DNA of 33,936 nucleotides from a virus. A model generated the notes under the pieces. That model was not told where the DNA came from and ran no database searches. It was given only the letters and a program-made list of their open reading frames with translations. The first letter of the stretch is position 1. Each line of letters opens with the position of its first letter. The position numbers and the translations under genes are program-made. This document shows positions 8,222-16,234 of this stretch, piece after piece. Location: UHGV virus genome UHGV-0334900; one strand, written 5' to 3'.

Positions 8222-8413
8222 TTATCGGTTGAAGGTTTTGGTTTGCTTCGGCTGCGTTTTGCTGTCGGTCGCATCATGAGCCAAGATGCGGAGGGTCTGA
8301 ATAATGGCCTCGCTCAGTGGCAAGTTGTCCCTGACTGAAAGGGCCATGACTGACCCGCTAGCCTTAGGAGACTCAGCGAGTTTTTGGATTGGTACTTGGA
8401 TGGTATCTATCAT
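8222..8413 (-). CDS. Small hypothetical protein at the Cro position (first gene of the leftward early operon)
   Basis: 63 aa, immediately downstream of the divergent promoter region and opposite the cI-like gene. No clear HTH motif was recognised. Confidence 0.3.
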   Translation of the reverse strand: MIDTIQVPIQKLAESPKASGSVMALSVRDNLPLSEAIIQTLRILAHDATDSKTQPKQTKTFNR

Positions 8414-8544
8414 GGGTGTGTGATGATTTGGTTGGTTGATGCCCTCTTTTTATCATTGTTTGATTGTAGAGCAAGACAAAAATATCACTGTATGCTTGTT
8501 TTTTTCATCTTGCTTGTGTCATTAAACGATGATAATACATCGGC
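8414..8544. promoter_or_regulatory. Divergent lysogeny-switch intergenic region (putative PR/PRM-like promoters and operators)
   Basis: 131-bp AT-rich spacer between the divergently transcribed minus-strand 8413 ORF and plus-strand 8545 repressor gene. Direct repeat TGCTTGT at 8493-8499 and 8511-8517, 18 bp apart. GCAAGACA at 8471-8478. Confidence 0.4.
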
Positions 8545-8922
8545 ATGCACACAAAAGAAGAGATAGATCAATGGCTTAAAGACATCGGAAAAACCCGGCA
8601 ATGGTTGGCGGACCAATGCGGAGTGAAATACCTAGTTGTCAACAACTGGTTTTCCAAAAGCCGCACTATCCCCAAAAAGGCTCTGATCATTATTGACAAC
8701 CTAATGAACCAACCCCAACCTGCCGACGATAGCCAAATCTCTATCGCTGATCTTGATATCAACCTCAAGGTCTCGCATGATAAATTCCTCGAATTCAATA
8801 ATTATGCGAAAGCCTGCGGCATGAATATCGTGGACTGGATTATTTACGTCTTGGAATATGCAGGAGACAATAAAGAACTCCTTATGAAACGGTTACAGGA
8901 AGAGAAAAACAAAGGGGAATAA
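8545..8922 (+). CDS. XRE-family HTH repressor (cI-like prophage repressor)
   Basis: HTH TRQWLADQCGVKYLVVNNWFSKSRTIPKKAL (Q..LA...GVs...vs.We.g...P.). Divergent from the early operon, co-oriented with the integrase and followed by a hairpin terminator. AT-rich codon usage. Confidence 0.65.
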   Translation: MHTKEEIDQWLKDIGKTRQWLADQCGVKYLVVNNWFSKSRTIPKKALIIIDNLMNQPQPADDSQISIADLDINLKVSHDKFLEFNNYAKACGMNIVDWIIYVLEYAGDNKELLMKRLQEEKNKGE

Positions 8923-8935
8923 TTCATTCCCCTTT
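8904..8935. terminator. Hairpin terminator shared by the convergent cI-like gene and a small minus-strand ORF
   Basis: GGGGAAT-AATTC-ATTCCCC perfect 7-bp stem followed by TTTCTTCATT on the plus strand, preceded by AAA (bidirectional potential). Overlaps both stop codons. Confidence 0.5.
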
Positions 8936-9070
8936 CTTCATTCCTTTTGAAATATTCTCCAAGATCCTTTTCGTGGTTCTCCGGCAACCTTCAATAATGC
9001 CGAGGCGGAAACAAGTGAACCCGAACAGGACGGCCAGCAAGAAAAACACAAGCATTACGTTACCTGACAT
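8924..9070 (-). CDS. Small hydrophobic peptide (48 aa), candidate small membrane protein or type-I-toxin-like. Not in the track (under 60 aa)
   Basis: ATG at 9070-9068 with AAGGG 8 nt upstream. Translation is MSGNVMLVFFLLAVLFGFTCFRLGIIEGCRRTTKRILENISKGMKKGE, one TM helix plus a basic tail. Convergent with cI and shares its terminator. Confidence 0.25.
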   Translation of the reverse strand: MSGNVMLVFFLLAVLFGFTCFRLGIIEGCRRTTKRILENISKGMKKGE

Positions 9071-9344
9071 GAACGTAACCCTTTCTTGCTGAAAATTTAT
9101 CTCCTAATTCGCTAATGATTAAAGCGTTACAAATGCGGGGGGGGTATGATTTCCAGTTTTTCATGAGATTTGATGTCTTATGACGCTGGTAAGACGTTTT
9201 GTCATCAATTTCCCGTTCACCGGATGACAAGTCATGACGTTTCCTGAAACGCCGAAAAGGATTGCCTAACGGGTAAAATGTGATATAAAAGGCACGTATT
9301 CAGATTCCTGACTACTTCCTTTCTTTTTATTCATTCTTTTCCGT

Positions 9345-9372
9345 CCGCGTCGGGAGACGCGGGCGGTTTTTT
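9345..9372 (+). terminator. Rho-independent terminator (plus-strand sense) with no annotated upstream plus-strand gene
   Basis: CCGCGTC-GGGA-GACGCGG stem-loop followed by GCGGTTTTTT. It lies 420 nt downstream of the cI-like gene, which has its own terminator, so it may end a small non-coding transcript from 8923-9345. Confidence 0.5.
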
Positions 9373-9478
9373 ATCCTCGCAGGGTTCATTTTTTCTGTGT
9401 CATGATATGTCAACCTTTACATGAAGCTTCCGACGGAGTAATAAACGGTGCGGCTTTCCGGCAGTGCTATACGGTATG

Positions 9479-9668
9479 CTGTACATGTGGCCCGCTAAAA
9501 GTTTATGGACAAGAGACTAAATCCCGTACGCGATGCCAATTCTCGTCAGCACGTGACGGAATGCCCCTTGATTTTCCTACCTTTTGCGCAGTTTTGAGCG
9601 CACCTGAAAGCGCCTGACAGAAAAAAGCGCCCTGTACATGCGGCTGTACATTGTCTAAGGACTGTACA
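9479..9668. promoter_or_regulatory. Four CTGTACA (palindromic TGTACA core) repeats upstream of int. Candidate Int/regulator binding sites
   Basis: CTGTACA at 9479-9485, 9632-9638, 9644-9650 and 9662-9668. The last three fall within the 42 bp preceding the int ATG (9674), at 12- and 18-bp spacing. Confidence 0.3.
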
Positions 9669-9673
9669 GCACT

Positions 9674-10861
9674 ATGGCAGGCATCATCAAACGCAATAAC
9701 AAATGGGTGGCCGTCTTCCGCTCCCTGGACGGCAAAGAGCTTCGGAAAACCACCGGCATCGACGTGGTTCCCAAGGCTCTGCTTCCGGGAGCCAATAAGA
9801 AATCAATCATGTCCCAGAATGAAGCACGGGCGCGGCTGGTGGCCCAGGAGATGGAGAAAGAAGCCCGGTACGGGGTTTTCGACTTGGACAAGGTGAAGGC
9901 CATTGCCGGGGACCAGGCCGGCGTGCTGAAAGCCACCATGAACGGCATGACGTTAACCCGGTTCCTCTTTGACTGGCTGGACGGGAGGAAAAACAAGAAG
10001 CGGGCCTATGAGCGGGACGGCATGGCCGTCCGCAGGCTTCTGGCGTTCCTGGGGGACCGGCGGAATATGCCGCTGGCCGCCCTGAATAAAGGGATGGCGA
10101 AGGATTTTGTAGAAACGGAATTGGAGCGCGTTTCCGCCGGAACCGTCATCCGCTATGTGTCCACGCTCTCCACCGCGTTCAATGCCGCTGTAGACCGGGA
10201 GATTCTTCCCCGGAATCCGTTCCGGGGCGTCATGCCTTCCCGGGCGGACCACCAGGCGGAAAAGCAGCTGCGCGGCGCGTTCACGATGGAGGAAGTGAAT
10301 ACCATCATTGAACGGTTCCCGGATGAATGGCCGGATCTGGTGCGGGTGTGCCTCTACACCGGAGGCCAGCGCCTTGGAGACCTGGCGACGCTGAAATGGG
10401 AGCAGATTGACCTGAAGCACTCCTTCCTGTTCATGACCACGCAGAAGAGCCGGCGCCGCATGAACAAGCCGATCATCCAGCCCTTGAAAGAGGTTCTGGA
10501 AAGGCGTCTGCTCAACCGGGTGAATGATTACGTGTTTCCCCTGTCTGCGCTTCGCCATGCCCATGCGGGAGGGCGTTCGGACAAGCTTTCCACGGAGTTC
10601 ACGACATTGTTGAAAACGTACGGAATCATCCGGGAGATGCCCGGGGAAGTGAGAGGCGACCGGCACCGTCTTTCGGAAAAGAGCTTCCACAGCTTACGGG
10701 CGACCGCCGTGACCGTCCTGCGCCTGGCAGGGGTGTCCCCGGATTTGTGCCGCTTCATTGTCGGACACGACTCCGAAGAGATTGAGCGGGTGTATTTCCG
10801 CCCGGATTCGGCGGACGTTCAGGATGCGATGAGCAAGATTGCCGTCGGCTTGGCCCGTTAG
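9674..10861 (+). CDS. int: Tyrosine recombinase / phage integrase
   Basis: Catalytic-domain residues R in QRLGDLATLKWEQIDL, HSLRATAVTVL (the H-x-x-R box), and HDSEEIERVYFR (tyrosine nucleophile region). Preceded by a SAM-like N-terminal domain. 395 aa. Confidence 0.9.
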   Translation: MAGIIKRNNKWVAVFRSLDGKELRKTTGIDVVPKALLPGANKKSIMSQNEARARLVAQEMEKEARYGVFDLDKVKAIAGDQAGVLKATMNGMTLTRFLFDWLDGRKNKKRAYERDGMAVRRLLAFLGDRRNMPLAALNKGMAKDFVETELERVSAGTVIRYVSTLSTAFNAAVDREILPRNPFRGVMPSRADHQAEKQLRGAFTMEEVNTIIERFPDEWPDLVRVCLYTGGQRLGDLATLKWEQIDLKHSFLFMTTQKSRRRMNKPIIQPLKEVLERRLLNRVNDYVFPLSALRHAHAGGRSDKLSTEFTTLLKTYGIIREMPGEVRGDRHRLSEKSFHSLRATAVTVLRLAGVSPDLCRFIVGHDSEEIERVYFRPDSADVQDAMSKIAVGLAR

Positions 10862-10873
10862 CCTTCCTTCCCT

Positions 10874-10914
10874 AAGACGATCATGTTGTTGACATCAACA
10901 AGATGATCCGTCTT
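10874..10914. terminator. Imperfect 19-bp inverted repeat between the convergent int and glycosyltransferase genes (bidirectional terminator or candidate att core)
   Basis: AAGACGATCATGTTGTTGA | CATCAACAAGATGATCCGTCTT. It fills the whole 33-nt convergent intergenic region and overlaps the GT stop codon. No T-run. Confidence 0.35.
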
Positions 10915-11650
10915 CTTCCTTGTGGAACCGGTAACGGTACAAGGCGTCCATGGCGCGGGCGCGTTCGGATTTGGGAATGTTCGTAGGGCGAGGGTTGCCG
11001 AAGGTGACCATCCAGAAGCCGGCGTATTTTTTCGGCGTTACGGCAATGCTGAACCAGTTCCAGGCCGTCCATTTCCCTTCCCGGTTGAAGGGCGTCCAGG
11101 GTTCGTCAAGCCTGATCCGCTCCGGGGGAAAGAGGCCCTGGATGGTCCGGCAGATCGTCAGGTCTTCGGGAGCGAGCGCGGGGATGTCAGCCTGCATCAG
11201 TTCCTCCGCCGCCAGTCTGGCCGCCCGTCCGCTGATTGCGTAACACGGCCCATAGGCGGAGCGTTCGGACGGGTGGCTGGGGACCTGGTAGCCGGAGGCG
11301 TGCAGAGCCAGCCCGTTGCGCTGCATGTCACGCACCCATCCGCCCGACAACAGGAGCGTATCCGAGTCGATTTTGACGATGACGTCATTTTCTTCCGCTT
11401 CCCCGGCCAGCGTGGAAATGATGCCCCGGACGCATTCCGGGCCGCGCAGGTTGCCGTTCCTTGTCCAGCCGGTTTGACAATACCTTGCCCCGGTTAACAT
11501 AAGGACGGATCTGACGCGTTCAGGAAGCGGAGCGGCGCTGTCGTCCACAACCGTAATGACGGCTTCAGGGAGGGCCGCCGCAGCGCACCGGACGCAGACG
11601 AGGGCTTCATCCGCGTCTCCGGCATAGGTGAATAAATAGATTCTGATCAT
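10895..11650 (-). CDS. GT-A-fold (family-2-like) glycosyltransferase, candidate lysogenic-conversion gene
   Basis: N-terminal Rossmann-like strand with VITVVDDSAAP (the DD nucleotide-sugar motif) and IVKIDSDTLL (a DxD metal-binding motif). Last gene before int, the classic position of O-antigen-modifying gtr genes. Confidence 0.5.
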   Translation of the reverse strand: MIRIYLFTYAGDADEALVCVRCAAAALPEAVITVVDDSAAPLPERVRSVLMLTGARYCQTGWTRNGNLRGPECVRGIISTLAGEAEENDVIVKIDSDTLLLSGGWVRDMQRNGLALHASGYQVPSHPSERSAYGPCYAISGRAARLAAEELMQADIPALAPEDLTICRTIQGLFPPERIRLDEPWTPFNREGKWTAWNWFSIAVTPKKYAGFWMVTFGNPRPTNIPKSERARAMDALYRYRFHKEEDGSSC

Positions 11651-11658
11651 GGTGTTTG

Positions 11659-13803
11659 TTAAGCTGGTCCGTAGGGGTAGAAGGTTCCTCCGAAGACGGG
11701 TATCTGGATCATTCCCAGCGCGTATTGCGTCACCTGGTCGTCTTCGATGTCGGCTATCAAAAAGGAATAGTCGAAGTTGACACCCGGTTTTTCTTCGGCC
11801 AGCCTGATAGGATAGACGGTCCCCGGGATGCCCGAGACGTCAACGCCCGTCAATTTGGCGTCCTGGTCGAAGTGGACGTTGAGCCATACTTCCCCGCTGG
11901 TTTGGGGGATCGTTACCCACGAGGAACCGGAACCGCCCCCCTGCGGGTATTTGCCGAGCAGCGAGCCGTTCAGGTAGAGCGCGCCGGGCTTCATTTGCGC
12001 CCCGGTGATGGCCCCCTCCGTATCTTTCTGCAAGCGCACTTGGAAGCCGTATTCCGGCGCGGGCGTGGATTCTCCCGTGGATTTGGTGATGTGCTGGCTG
12101 ATGGTGGGGGATTCCGGCTTGGGGTCAAAGCCGTATTCCGTCGATTCCGGCGCCCCCTGCATGTTTTCCAGCGTGGAGGATCTGCGTGACGTGGCATTCA
12201 CGCGCTTCAATTCTACCCATTCTTCAATCCCCAGTTGTTCCGGCGCGCCGTAGGACAGGGAAATCACGTTGGTCTGCAGGTCTCGGCTCACCGTCTGAAT
12301 CATGGTGTTGATGTTCTGCCAGGCGGGGTTGCCTCCCAGCAGCGAGACGCGCCGGCCCATGTATTGCCGCGTCTGCGCTTCTCCCAGCGCGACAAAGGAA
12401 ATAGAGCCGTCCCAGGGCAATTCCTGCATGGATTCCCACACCGTTTTGGCAATGTCCCCATAGGGCACGCCTTCCGAGGGTTGGGGCGATTCCCCTTCTT
12501 CCGGCCCGTTGGAGGGCTGTTCCCCGTTGTAGATGCCGTCAATGGGGTAGCTCGCGTAGGGGCGGTCCATGGTGACCAGATCCACCGAGAATTCTTCCCA
12601 GAAGCAGGGCACGCCTCCCAGCGTTCCCACATTTTTGAATTTCTCCCTCCACTTGGCAGGCGCGCTTTCCGGGATGGCGAGACGCTGCTTGACGGTAGCG
12701 TTGCACCATTGCGGGCGGAGGGATTTGGTATGAATTTGCCCGTCCGTCAGTTCATAGCCTGTGGCGGAGGTGTTGTAGCCTCGCGGCTTGTCTTCCTCCG
12801 TTCCGTCCCAGGGCTTCCCGGTGATGGTCGGATCCTGGTCATAGACGGCGATGGACCCTACATCTTTCATCCACGGGAAATGATGTTGCCAGAAACTGTT
12901 GATCATGTCGTTCTGGTCAATCCTGGTCCCCGTCACTTTCATGCGCTGGTAGGACAGGCTGCCGGCCCTGGTTCCCTGCACCGGCTGCGGATCTTCTACC
13001 GGCTCCCCCGTAGAACTGTATTTGGAATAAAAGAAGTCTACTGACGTACGGTAAACAATGGAGTGCGGCAAGGTCGGGTCCCCGTCTTCCGGGTATTTGG
13101 ACAGGTAGGAGACGCGGTAGCCGTTGCTTCCGGTCGTTTCCGCGATAATCGCCACGCAGGGCGGAACGAGGTCGCCCCGGGGGATCAGGGAGACGTCCAT
13201 GGACTTGACCGTCGCCGTCGGCTGCAAGGGAAGCGCAATGGGCGTCAGGGCGTCATAGTCCGTGATGATGAGCTTGGGGCGCGCTTCGCTGTAGTCGTAG
13301 TACGAGACCATCCGGGGCGACCAGCGGCGGATGGATTGAAGGAGGCTTCCCAGCGTATCGCAGGAGGCGTTCCACGGAATCAGCATCTTGTCATCGCTGA
13401 TGCGCAGCTCGTAGTCCGCCGGGTGGTGCTTGGCGAGATTCAGCACCCGGGAGAGTGCGGAAGAAATGCTTATCTTGGGGATGATTCCGTCCCCTCCGCT
13501 GACTTTATTCCACATGGAAAAGACCGGCTTCCATTCGGAATCCAGCGCAAAGCAGTTGTCCAGCCAATACCAGGGATCGGAAAAGACGATTTTCCAGGCA
13601 CGGGATGAGCCGCTGTAGGTCTTTTCGATGCTGGAAACGAGGCCGGAAAGAATGGTGTTCCCGTTTTGGGAGATGGTGACGGTATCGAACTGTTGGAAGG
13701 GCAAGACCTCCCCCAGCGTGCGGACGGGATAAACCGCGGTGATGGCGGAGGCGGAAAAGCTTTGCTGGTCGTGGGTCAGGCTCGACGGCTTGAGGGCCAG
13801 CAA
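11659..13803 (-). CDS. Large distal tail / baseplate-hub protein (Dit/Tal or host-specificity J-like)
   Basis: 714 aa, immediately downstream of the tape-measure block. Rich in Gly/Pro/Trp and beta-rich segments. C-terminal Gly-rich stretch QGGGSGSSW. Confidence 0.5.
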   Translation of the reverse strand: MLALKPSSLTHDQQSFSASAITAVYPVRTLGEVLPFQQFDTVTISQNGNTILSGLVSSIEKTYSGSSRAWKIVFSDPWYWLDNCFALDSEWKPVFSMWNKVSGGDGIIPKISISSALSRVLNLAKHHPADYELRISDDKMLIPWNASCDTLGSLLQSIRRWSPRMVSYYDYSEARPKLIITDYDALTPIALPLQPTATVKSMDVSLIPRGDLVPPCVAIIAETTGSNGYRVSYLSKYPEDGDPTLPHSIVYRTSVDFFYSKYSSTGEPVEDPQPVQGTRAGSLSYQRMKVTGTRIDQNDMINSFWQHHFPWMKDVGSIAVYDQDPTITGKPWDGTEEDKPRGYNTSATGYELTDGQIHTKSLRPQWCNATVKQRLAIPESAPAKWREKFKNVGTLGGVPCFWEEFSVDLVTMDRPYASYPIDGIYNGEQPSNGPEEGESPQPSEGVPYGDIAKTVWESMQELPWDGSISFVALGEAQTRQYMGRRVSLLGGNPAWQNINTMIQTVSRDLQTNVISLSYGAPEQLGIEEWVELKRVNATSRRSSTLENMQGAPESTEYGFDPKPESPTISQHITKSTGESTPAPEYGFQVRLQKDTEGAITGAQMKPGALYLNGSLLGKYPQGGGSGSSWVTIPQTSGEVWLNVHFDQDAKLTGVDVSGIPGTVYPIRLAEEKPGVNFDYSFLIADIEDDQVTQYALGMIQIPVFGGTFYPYGPA

Positions 13804-13854
13804 GTCATTGATGGTGATGTCGTGGTTCCTGCTGTTTGTAAAATGGTTAGTTGT

Positions 13855-14307
13855 TTATTTCTTGTCGGCGATCTTTTGGAGCAACGTCAGAACCTTTGCA
13901 CACCAGAAACAGCCAAGGCAGGAGAAGGCCCCGGAAACCAAGTAAATAAAGCCTATTTCGGTTTGCTTTTCTTCTACATTGTTACAAAACAATATAAATC
14001 CAGCAATGAGGGCAATTATGCCTACAAAACGAAATATACCTTCAACTGTTCGGAAAAGTTCTAGAAAAAGTTCTGCATCGCTTTTTTGCGTTTCCAGTTG
14101 CTTATTCAGTTCTTGTTTTTTCTCTAATAGCATTTCTTCTCTATAATGCTTATACACACTTCCAAAAGAAAACCACTCTTGCCCGCCTTCAGGGCAAACA
14201 AGAGTTTCTCTGTTGATTTCGCCCGCATCAAAACGTTCTGCAAGTTCTTCAAGAGAGTAAGGCCCCTCAGCATTGTTTGAGTTGGAAGCGACGTAATAAT
14301 TAATCAT
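13855..14307 (-). CDS. DUF4339/GYF-like-domain membrane protein encoded on a low-GC insert (moron) inside the tail module
   Basis: N-terminal EGPYSLEELAERFDAGEINRETLVCPEGGQEWFSFGSV matches the DUF4339 pattern (GP.s.eeL......G.i...TlVW..Gm.eW....v). Two C-terminal TM helices. The surrounding region 13830-14350 is strongly AT-rich compared with its flanks. Confidence 0.5.
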   Translation of the reverse strand: MINYYVASNSNNAEGPYSLEELAERFDAGEINRETLVCPEGGQEWFSFGSVYKHYREEMLLEKKQELNKQLETQKSDAELFLELFRTVEGIFRFVGIIALIAGFILFCNNVEEKQTEIGFIYLVSGAFSCLGCFWCAKVLTLLQKIADKK

Positions 14308-14353
14308 AGTGGTATGGTGCTATAAACCGGCGTTAGTGCAAGCCTAAAAGCTG

Positions 14354-16216
14354 TTAAAAGCCTCCGGCAAGCCGGTTTATCCCGGTTTGCAATCTTCCGT
14401 TGCCCTTCTGTACTATTTTCAAGATTTCCTCGAATTTAGCATCTACATATTTTTTTGTATCTGCTTGCACGGCATTTACCTTGCCGGCCTGTGCTGTTGC
14501 TATGGTTTGTAAATAATCCATCAATTTTTTTGCGTATTGTCCATTTTCTCTCAATACGTTTTCCATAACATCAAACACGCCTTGAAGCTCGCTGGGGTCG
14601 ATTTCCGTATCTTTGTCCGAAATGCTTTCCGCAAGGCGTTTCTTCCCTGCATTCAAAGCTTCGCGGGCAGCCGCAATCCGGGCGCGTTGCTGGGCGGTAG
14701 GATGCTCGGGAACGCCTTCAAGAGTAATGCCGCGGATCATCGCCTGCTGCCTCTCGGCGGTCTGCTTTTGAGCCTCCCTTTCGGCCCGTTCACGAGCCTT
14801 CTTTATTTTTTCTTCATTTCTTCGGGCTTCCTCTGCTTCTTCCCTGTCTCTTTTCAAGTTAAATGATTTAACCTTGCCGGCGTCTATTTGGTTTTGAATA
14901 GCGTCGATTTGTTCCATGTTTTTGATAGATGCTTCGGTCGAAACCATTGCATCCCCCAAAGAACCGGCTTTCTCCGTTAAATCATCAAACTGTTTTTTCG
15001 CGGCGTCCGTATTCTTCTGAAACTCTTCTAATGCATCTGATGCTTGTTTGAAGCGACTGCTTATGTCAGTTCCTTGTCTATAGTCGAATTCAAGATTTAC
15101 GCCGCCGGCTCTTAACGAATCCTGATATTCTTCCAATCTAGATTGGACAGCATTGCCTTCTTCTTGTGCTGCTGAACGAGTAGCTAAAAGACGTTCTTGC
15201 TTTGCTTGAAGTTCTTCAAGCTTTTCTCTATATCTTCTGCCTTCGGAGTTAGGAACCCTTGCTAGAGATGAAGTTTTATATATTTGATTATTTAGATCAT
15301 CGTTTTCCGCCGTAATCTTATCTATCCTCCGTTGAACGCGTTCTTGCTGCTGCAAAAGTCCAAGAATATTTTGAAGAGAAGGAAGGTTCCCTTGCTTGAA
15401 CTGCATATCAAAAGCATGAGCTTCCGCGGCATCTCGGGCCTTGACTGCCTCCGCAAGCTGTTTGCCAATATCCATATAGTTAGCCTGCTCCACGCCTAAA
15501 TCACGATTGCGGATTTTCTGGTCCAGATTCTGATCAACCATCATGAGGCCGTAGTCCCGCTGCCTCTTGGTGATTCTTCCTTCCTGGTAGTCATTTTCCA
15601 AGTTGACGCGGTCAAGTTCCGCCTGGCGTGTATCAACGCCTTTCTGGCGGGCCGCTTCCTCCCGTCTCAAGCGAATTTGTTTTTCAAGCTCTTCCGTCTG
15701 ATATTCAAATTCCCGGGTAATGCCCTTTACATAGTTTTGATACTCTTCATTAACGGTCTTGGTGCGTTCTTGCTGGTTGAATTCCTGCAAAGCCTGATAA
15801 CTTGCCCGGATAGCCTGACGAGAAGCTTCGGCAATCTCTTTGCTATGCTCCTTCATTTTTTTGGCGAGATCCGCCGACTTGTCTTCCGTTTTTCCCATCC
15901 AATCGTAAAGCTTCGCCCCGGCGAGGACGGCAAGCGACATCGCGCCGGCCAGACCTGCGCCGCCTCCGAATCCTATCACCAGCCCGGGAATGTTGTTCAG
16001 GATGCCCTTGATGCCGTACTGCACGTCGTCCATGAAATAGGCGACTTGCAGCAACCCCTGTCCCATGTTCTTCACGCTCCTGGTTGCCTGCTGGCTCCCC
16101 TTATCAAGTTGTTCCGTCGACTTGTTCAGCGCGTCGATCTGCTGTTTTGCTTCTTCCACGCCTTTTCCGTCCAGCGTGGACTTGAGTTTGATTTCGATTT
16201 CTTTCTTGGTGGCCAT
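14354..16216 (-). CDS. Tail tape-measure protein
   Basis: 620 aa. Hydrophobic Gly-rich segment NIPGLVIGFGGGAGLAGAMSLAVLAGA near the N-terminus, followed by about 500 aa of predicted coiled coil (E/K/Q/R/A-rich heptads). Preceded by a small chaperone-like ORF. Confidence 0.65.
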   Translation of the reverse strand: MATKKEIEIKLKSTLDGKGVEEAKQQIDALNKSTEQLDKGSQQATRSVKNMGQGLLQVAYFMDDVQYGIKGILNNIPGLVIGFGGGAGLAGAMSLAVLAGAKLYDWMGKTEDKSADLAKKMKEHSKEIAEASRQAIRASYQALQEFNQQERTKTVNEEYQNYVKGITREFEYQTEELEKQIRLRREEAARQKGVDTRQAELDRVNLENDYQEGRITKRQRDYGLMMVDQNLDQKIRNRDLGVEQANYMDIGKQLAEAVKARDAAEAHAFDMQFKQGNLPSLQNILGLLQQQERVQRRIDKITAENDDLNNQIYKTSSLARVPNSEGRRYREKLEELQAKQERLLATRSAAQEEGNAVQSRLEEYQDSLRAGGVNLEFDYRQGTDISSRFKQASDALEEFQKNTDAAKKQFDDLTEKAGSLGDAMVSTEASIKNMEQIDAIQNQIDAGKVKSFNLKRDREEAEEARRNEEKIKKARERAEREAQKQTAERQQAMIRGITLEGVPEHPTAQQRARIAAAREALNAGKKRLAESISDKDTEIDPSELQGVFDVMENVLRENGQYAKKLMDYLQTIATAQAGKVNAVQADTKKYVDAKFEEILKIVQKGNGRLQTGINRLAGGF

Positions 16217-16234
16217 GGTGGTAGATGTGGAGGG

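Noticed and set aside
9402-9617. Plus-strand ORF 9402..9617 in the int-upstream non-coding region
   Set aside because: Cys/Thr-rich, no start context, lies after a terminator and within the region proposed as attP/arm sites. Judged spurious, though a small protein cannot be fully excluded.
8923-9673. Search for a tRNA gene next to the integrase
   Set aside because: No stretch with a convincing acceptor stem, T-loop (GTTCRANNC) and anticodon arm could be found by eye. tRNAscan-type analysis would be needed to be certain.
12235-13044. Plus-strand ORFs 12235..13044, 13063..13608 and 11656..12189, antisense to the 714-aa tail gene
   Set aside because: Arg/Gly/Pro-rich translations with no domains, embedded in a long co-directional structural gene.
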